Shown one piece after another: positions 16,270-20,745 of a stretch of DNA of 20,745 nucleotides. This stretch comes from an uncultured archaeon (lineage in GTDB: Archaea; Asgardarchaeota; Lokiarchaeia; Sigyniarchaeales; Promethearchaeaceae), in the NCBI GenBank assembly GCA_964426185.1, contig CAYRPF010000063.1, positions 1 through 20,745 on the forward strand. Reading direction: 5' to 3'. Both the position numbers and the translations under genes were made by a program. The notes under the pieces are model-generated. The model saw only the letters and a list, made by a program, of their open reading frames with translations. It made no database searches and was not told the DNA's origin. The stretch's first letter is position 1. Every line of letters begins with the position of its first letter.

Positions 16270-16331
16270 TACCGTCATGCTATCTGTAATTCAGTAATCT
16301 TGACCTACAGACCTACAGTTCTGACATGGTA
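16270..16331 (-). terminator. Imperfect ~60-nt hairpin immediately 3' of the pfk stop, between convergent genes
   Basis: TACC/GGTA and GTCA/TGAC outer pairs; inner stem TCTGTA (16283-16288)/TACAGA (16306-16311) plus TCA/TGA; GACCTACA direct repeat at 16302-16317. Confidence 0.35.
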
Positions 16332-16332
16332 T

Positions 16333-17643
16333 CTATTTAAACAATTTTTCCTTACTTTTATGCTTGACTGAAATCATTGCATCTTTAATTCTCAGCAAAT
16401 CAGAATCGATCGGAATCAATTGCTTTTTCGAACCGCGTACTATATCAACCGGTTTTATTTCAGTGCCTTGTAAAGAAGTCATCTTTCCAAAGTTTCCGTT
16501 AATAACATATTCCATTGCATGATATCCATAACGCAAACCCAGCACACGATCGTAAACATTTGGAGTGCCAGATCGCATGGTATGACCGAGAACAACCGAT
16601 CGAATCTCGTAATGTGCATGGCGTTTATTAAAATATTCCTTAATATCATCTCTTTTCTGCAATTCTTGTTCAATTTTTTTTGCTATATTCAATTTTGTTA
16701 AAATCGGGTTGCCAAAACTATCCTTTGGTAAAGATTCAATATCTTCTTGACTGATTGTAGTAAAATCACGCTTCAATGAATTTGAACTGGGATAAGCGCC
16801 TTCAGAACATGCAATAATGTGAAATTTATAACCAGCATTAGCTCTTTTCTTCAAGACATCAACCACATCTTGTTCAAAATCAAATGGAATTTCAGGTAAT
16901 AGAATAATATCTGCTCCACTCGACAAACCAGAATAAAGTGTTAGCCAGCCTGCATCTCTTCCCATAATTTCCACGACGAAAATGCGTTGATGGGAATGAG
17001 CCGTGGTGGTTAAGTTGTCCAAAGTATTACTAGCCAGTTGAGCACCACTAAAGAAACCAAATGTGAAATCTGTACCAGCTAGATCATTATCTATCGTCTT
17101 CGGGCATGCCACCACTTTAGCACCTCCATATTTATACATAGCTGCTGCCACACCGCAAGTATCATCCCCTCCAACAGCAATCAAAGCATCAATTTTCAAA
17201 TCTTGGAATTTTGAAGCTAAATCTTCCCCAATACTTTTAGTTAATTGTTCCTTTTTTTCTGGATCTTTCAATTTTGCTACCGTTTTGAAAGGATTGGTAC
17301 GAGAAGTATACAGCATTGTGCCCCCTTTAGTGTGGAGATCATCCAAATCACCAATATCCAACACTTGAGTATAATGTTCAATCAATTCGGGAGTAAGTTC
17401 TGTTTTAGGATAATTGAAGACCTTCCACCCTTTGATGATTCCTACTACTTGAATTGGACGTTGTGTTTCTTCTGAAGCACGGAGTAAAGCACCGTAGATA
17501 ACCGCGTTTAATCCAGGACAATCACCTCCACCGGTTAAAATACCAACTCGAAGTGGATCTTGTTTCAAACTTCTTGCTTCGGTATTGCTATCTTCATTTG
17601 AAAAGGTCGAATTCATAATATGTGGGAATAAGGTGCTTCCCAT
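16333..17643 (-). CDS. pfp: PfkA-family 6-phosphofructokinase, predicted pyrophosphate-dependent (group III-like)
   Basis: GILTGGGDCPGLN, GGTMLYTSRTNP, GGDDT, PKTIDND, VEIMGRDAGW, LGHTMRSG. The exact start is uncertain. Confidence 0.88.
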   Translation of the reverse strand: MGSTLFPHIMNSTFSNEDSNTEARSLKQDPLRVGILTGGGDCPGLNAVIYGALLRASEETQRPIQVVGIIKGWKVFNYPKTELTPELIEHYTQVLDIGDLDDLHTKGGTMLYTSRTNPFKTVAKLKDPEKKEQLTKSIGEDLASKFQDLKIDALIAVGGDDTCGVAAAMYKYGGAKVVACPKTIDNDLAGTDFTFGFFSGAQLASNTLDNLTTTAHSHQRIFVVEIMGRDAGWLTLYSGLSSGADIILLPEIPFDFEQDVVDVLKKRANAGYKFHIIACSEGAYPSSNSLKRDFTTISQEDIESLPKDSFGNPILTKLNIAKKIEQELQKRDDIKEYFNKRHAHYEIRSVVLGHTMRSGTPNVYDRVLGLRYGYHAMEYVINGNFGKMTSLQGTEIKPVDIVRGSKKQLIPIDSDLLRIKDAMISVKHKSKEKLFK

Positions 17644-17833
17644 TTAAGTATAACTTTCGATTTTTCATCAACGAATTTCTATAACTATATTTAAGTAAAA
17701 ATTTTTTTCTCAACGTCACGAATTTCATTATCACCAAAGTTTTATTAGAAGATTCTACCTTACAATATTTAGATTTACGGGTTAGTTAGTACGTTAATCA
17801 CCAAAATAAAATTAAAAATTACTCAAACAACTA

Positions 17834-17954
17834 TGGCTGCCGCGCGGAATTTATTTTGTCTTTTTGGATGTCCGACCTTCTAGTCGGACTTGATTTCACC
17901 TCTTCGGAGGTTCTCTACTTTTACGAGCAGTTTGCTCGTTTCCACGCGGGGCCA
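17834..17954 (+). ncRNA. Candidate structured non-coding RNA, 121 nt: closing stem plus three internal hairpins; family unidentified
   Basis: Outer stem TGGCTGCCGCGCGGAA / TTCCACGCGGGGCCA. Hairpins GTCCGAC-cttcta-GTCGGAC (17870-17889), ACCTC-ttcg-GAGGT (17898-17911) and ACGAGCA-gtt-TGCTCGT (17923-17939). Pyrimidine/T-rich tract immediately 3'. Strand is inferred from the cUUCGg loop. Confidence 0.6.
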
Positions 17955-18048
17955 CTCTTTCTTTTTAATAATTAATCTTCGAGAAAATCATATTTTCAAG
18001 ATTCTGACAAATTTTTAAGATGATAAAAAAAAACATAAATTGAAGTCT

Positions 18049-18084
18049 AAAAGAAGAAGATTTCGATCCGAGAATCTTTCTTTC
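18049..18084 (-). terminator. Hairpin plus pyrimidine tract downstream of the THUMP gene
   Basis: Minus strand AAGATT-c-TCG-gat-CGA-AATCTT followed by CTTCTTTT, just after the TGA stop. Confidence 0.35.
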
Positions 18085-18657
18085 TCAAAAAGTAATTTCT
18101 GCTCTTTCTTTCTCAAAAAGTAATTTCTGCCGTTCACTGATAGGTTTGAAAACATCTTCTTTCCTTAAAATAGCGATTCCAGTTTGATTTCCAAAAATCT
18201 CAAATTGTAGATTCCAATCATATCCTTTTAAATCGACGGGATGTGAGATTAACGGCGCAATTTGGGAGATGAGTTCTTCAGGTGTTATCGGTGAATTTCG
18301 CTTACGAACGGTAATTCTAAATTTTGTAGAAGGATCATGACAGATGGGAGTGCACAAAATAAGATCTTGTACCGCTGTTCTAATAACGGGAATTTCAGTG
18401 ACGGTGACTACATCAATCGGAATAACTTTTTGGATAAACTGAATGTAGTCCGCATTTTTAGTATTAATAATGTCCCGTAAGTAATGTACCAATTTTCGGG
18501 GAGGAATAGAAGAATGTCCTAATATTAGGCCTTGAAAGGGAGATTTAAATAAAATGGGTGTGGGATCTCCAATGGCCATTAAGTTAAACCAAGCTTCACA
18601 TTCAGCTTGGGATTCAAACTCACGTCCAGTGGATATAATCAAGTTAAATTCATGCAT
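18085..18657 (-). CDS. Stand-alone THUMP-domain RNA-binding protein (Tan1/THUMPD1-like)
   Basis: FNLIISTGREFE..AE.E, IQKVIPIDVV, KFRITVRKRNS, I..IA..I...VDL...DW.L..EI.G..TGI.IL. Confidence 0.85.
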   Translation of the reverse strand: MHEFNLIISTGREFESQAECEAWFNLMAIGDPTPILFKSPFQGLILGHSSIPPRKLVHYLRDIINTKNADYIQFIQKVIPIDVVTVTEIPVIRTAVQDLILCTPICHDPSTKFRITVRKRNSPITPEELISQIAPLISHPVDLKGYDWNLQFEIFGNQTGIAILRKEDVFKPISERQKLLFEKERAEITF

Positions 18658-18668
18658 CTGATCATCAC

Positions 18669-19424
18669 CTAATCCAATTCAGAATCAAAAGCAGAGTCAG
18701 AATTAGAATCATCAAGATCTGGAAAAGTATTAAACAAATTTTGTTTAGAAATCAGCCCTTCTTCTTCTATTTCAATATGATCAAGATGAAATACACCAAC
18801 TCGAGTAACTGGCAAGACACGTCGACCTTTTTGCATACGGCCTCCATCAGCCACCACTCCTAATTGTTCATTTCCAAGCTCATTCATCACAGTAACTGCG
18901 TCTTGGGCACAGAAATTTGGTGAAATCAAAGCGTAATTACCTAACATAACTGGTAGATGGCCATTTTTCTTCAGATATGAAAAAAAGGCTTGAATCACAG
19001 GATGTTTAGGAACCAAAAGATAAATAGATCGCTGAAGTAATACTGTTTCAAGCTCGGGATTTAAAGAAAAAATCTTTTCTTGGATTGCATTTTTTGGCTG
19101 GTGATTAAAAGGAACATGTAAAACTAAATCTCCAGGCCAAAAGTGTTCAGCGATTTTCTGAGCTAATGGATTCAATACGCCTAATTGAGAAAGAGTCTCA
19201 ATAGAGTCACCTATAAATATTACATTTTTAAAAAAATCTTCCCCATAGAGGTCCCAGTATTGATAGTAAACATTTAAATTGCTTGGATCTCCCCCTATTC
19301 CATATCCAGCGCGCCCCAAAGGGAATGAGAGCAACTTTCCTTCACGATAAAGATCCAATATATGCTGAAAAAAAAAATCCCATTTCTCAAGCTGATTAGG
19401 ACGAAATTTCAGAATTAGCCCCAT
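18669..19424 (-). CDS. Sua5/YrdC (TsaC)-fold protein with degenerate catalytic motifs
   Basis: Retains G.L..FP....YG.G.D, A..IAE.FWPG.L.L, VP.HP, V.DGG and G.IS; lacks TETVY, KxR and SANxSG. Confidence 0.75.
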   Translation of the reverse strand: MGLILKFRPNQLEKWDFFFQHILDLYREGKLLSFPLGRAGYGIGGDPSNLNVYYQYWDLYGEDFFKNVIFIGDSIETLSQLGVLNPLAQKIAEHFWPGDLVLHVPFNHQPKNAIQEKIFSLNPELETVLLQRSIYLLVPKHPVIQAFFSYLKKNGHLPVMLGNYALISPNFCAQDAVTVMNELGNEQLGVVADGGRMQKGRRVLPVTRVGVFHLDHIEIEEEGLISKQNLFNTFPDLDDSNSDSAFDSELD

Positions 19425-19523
19425 ATATTGATATTAAATTAACAAAAAGAGAAAAAATTTGGGATTTCCCGTAACTAACCAATTAACTAACAATTTATTA
19501 TTTATTCAAATTAAACATCTGAA

Positions 19524-20315
19524 TTATATGAAAGCTCCACCATCACCGAGGAGGACTTGACCAGTGACCCAATTAGAGAGATCCGAACTGTAGAATCCTA
19601 CAATTCGGGCAATGTCAATTGGACGACCTCCAGTCTTATTTCGAGAAAAGGGAATGGCATTAATCGCCACACTTCTGATTGCTGGAGGCAAACCTAATTT
19701 CATTCCTGGTTTTTTCTCTGCAGTCATACGAGTTTCAACGAAACCAGGTGCTACTGCATTAACACAAACACGATATCGGGCAAATTCACGTGCAATTGCT
19801 TTAGTATATCCAATTATTCCTCCTTTGGCTATTGCATAATTTGCTTGTCCGATATTTCCCGAAACACCAGTAGTAGAAGCAAAATTGATTATTTTCTTAA
19901 ATTCATCTTTACGCTCTTCTTTTAAGAATTCTTTCATAACTGCTTGGGTGCAAACATGAGTTCCCTTCAAATTTACATCGATAATAAAACGTAAGAGCTT
20001 GTCATCCATTTTGTGAATAAGAGCATCCCGAGAAGTTCCAGCATTGTTGACCAAAATATCGATTCTACCAAATTTAGCCACGGTATCGGCAACCATTTTC
20101 TCTACTTGCTCTTTATTCGTCACGTCACATGGAATGGCTAAAACATCACCACCCATGGCACGCAATTCTTCTGCAGTTTCCTTACATGGAACTGGATCAA
20201 TATCATTTATAACTACTTTGGCACCTTGTTCCACAAAGAAAGTAGCAATACCTTTTCCAATTCCACGACCAGAGCCAGTAATTATCGCAACTTTATCTTT
20301 TAATAATTCTTTCAT
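19524..20315 (-). CDS. fabG: Classical SDR, FabG-like 3-oxoacyl-ACP/CoA reductase
   Basis: TGSGRGIG, CDV, NNAG, VNLKG, INFAST, GNIGQANYAIAKGG, VAPGFVET. Asp in VINDID suggests NAD(H) preference. Start moved to ATG 20315 (GGAGGG SD at 20322-20327). Confidence 0.8.
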   Translation of the reverse strand: MKELLKDKVAIITGSGRGIGKGIATFFVEQGAKVVINDIDPVPCKETAEELRAMGGDVLAIPCDVTNKEQVEKMVADTVAKFGRIDILVNNAGTSRDALIHKMDDKLLRFIIDVNLKGTHVCTQAVMKEFLKEERKDEFKKIINFASTTGVSGNIGQANYAIAKGGIIGYTKAIAREFARYRVCVNAVAPGFVETRMTAEKKPGMKLGLPPAIRSVAINAIPFSRNKTGGRPIDIARIVGFYSSDLSNWVTGQVLLGDGGAFI

Positions 20316-20326
20316 TTTTTTCCCTC

Positions 20327-20745
20327 CTATTGCTCCAACTTCAACCAAAGGCCACCATCTACGCTGATAATTTGACCAGAAATGGCAATTGCATCATCGG
20401 ATGCTAAAAAGCAGACCATTGGAGCGACTTTTTCAAATGTTATTGGTTGTTTAGACATATCTGTTTGAGTAACCATAAATTCATCCTTTATTTTCTCTCG
20501 AGGACCTTGCATTTTCTTTTCGGCCAGTGGTCCAAATGCAACCGCATTGACGTTAGCAAACCTACCAAATTCTCGAGCAAGACTTTTTGTCAATCCAATC
20601 ATTGCGGCTTTAAAGCCAGCATAGACCGATCCTAAACTTACTCCAGATTTACCCACCATACAAGTCAAGAGGACTACTTTGGCATAAGTGCCTTGAGTCT
20701 TTCTTTGAGTGGCAAATTGTTCTCGAACAGCAGCCAATAAATGGA
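20327..20745 (-). CDS. Second SDR, C-terminal part (gene starts beyond the right edge)
   Basis: YAGFKAAMIGLTKSLAREFG, NVNAVAFG, FLASDDA.AISGQIISVDGG. The frame is open to the window edge, so the TTG at 20737 is probably internal. Confidence 0.8.
   Translation of the reverse strand, partial: HLLAAVREQFATQRKTQGTYAKVVLLTCMVGKSGVSLGSVYAGFKAAMIGLTKSLAREFGRFANVNAVAFGPLAEKKMQGPREKIKDEFMVTQTDMSKQPITFEKVAPMVCFLASDDAIAISGQIISVDGGLWLKLEQ

Noticed and set aside
16250-16280. Minus-strand AUGAC-GGUACUGU-AAA-GCACC-GA resembling a eukaryote-like Lokiarchaeal SECIS
   Set aside because: Helix II is far too short and does not pair in register. The upstream pfk ends in TAG, and I see no in-frame UGA selenoprotein candidate in the window.
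17920-17945. Minus-strand GAAAC-stem-GUA resembling hammerhead stem III and its cleavage triplet
   Set aside because: No CUGANGA core is present at the required position.
17834-17954. Element as a tRNA (ends in GCCA), 5S rRNA (121 nt), RNase P RNA or SRP RNA
   Set aside because: No cloverleaf with a 7-nt anticodon loop, no D-arm or canonical TTCRA loop, no 5S three-way topology or loop C motif, and too short and lacking the conserved RNase P/SRP motifs.
17896-17955. 19-codon minus-strand ORF (VAPRGNEQTARKSREPPKR) containing histone H3-like QTARKS
   Set aside because: Tiny GTG-started ORF with no clear SD; a 6-aa match can arise by chance, and RNA base-pairing explains the sequence better.
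605-20635. Short 60-107 aa ORFs in the track overlapping the called genes (e.g. 605-835, 1459-1644, 2367-2718, 5405-5857, 9370-9808, 10324-10626, 16479-17475, 19612-20635)
   Set aside because: Antisense or alternative-frame shadows of well-supported genes, with no recognisable motifs.
1-20745. CRISPR arrays, transposases, integrases, rRNA or canonical tRNA genes
   Set aside because: No regularly spaced repeats or recognisable motifs were seen by eye on either strand.

Overview
AT-rich archaeal window, most consistent with an Asgard (Lokiarchaeia-like) genome. This is an inference from the stand-alone THUMP gene, DUF1512, methanogen-type HdrB, an IPGY-TM-basic C-terminal sorting signal, TATA-like boxes and GGAGG/GGTGA ribosome-binding sites. 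Left to right: a 5'-truncated family-5 solute-binding protein with Ca-binding DxDxDG repeats; a gcvT-gcvH-gcvPA-gcvPB glycine cleavage operon with no L protein in the window; a divergent, lower-GC block; an internally duplicated 8-TM protein; a Zn-type ABC importer with a degenerate DtxR-family regulator and two matching palindromic operators; a PPi-type phosphofructokinase; a 121-nt GC-rich structured intergenic element (candidate ncRNA); THUMP; a catalytically degenerate Sua5/YrdC paralogue; and two tandem SDRs. The lower-GC block encodes a NOX/ferric-reductase-type di-heme membrane domain fused to HdrC, HdrB, a membrane zinc-ribbon protein, DUF1512 and two unknown polytopic membrane proteins. 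The strongest candidate for an undescribed system is the cytochrome b-HdrC fusion plus HdrB: an HdrA-less, membrane-bound heterodisulfide-reductase-like module head-to-head with a lipoyl-dependent GCS. The second is the four-way-junction RNA at 17834-17954. All calls come from reading motifs by eye; no searches were run.
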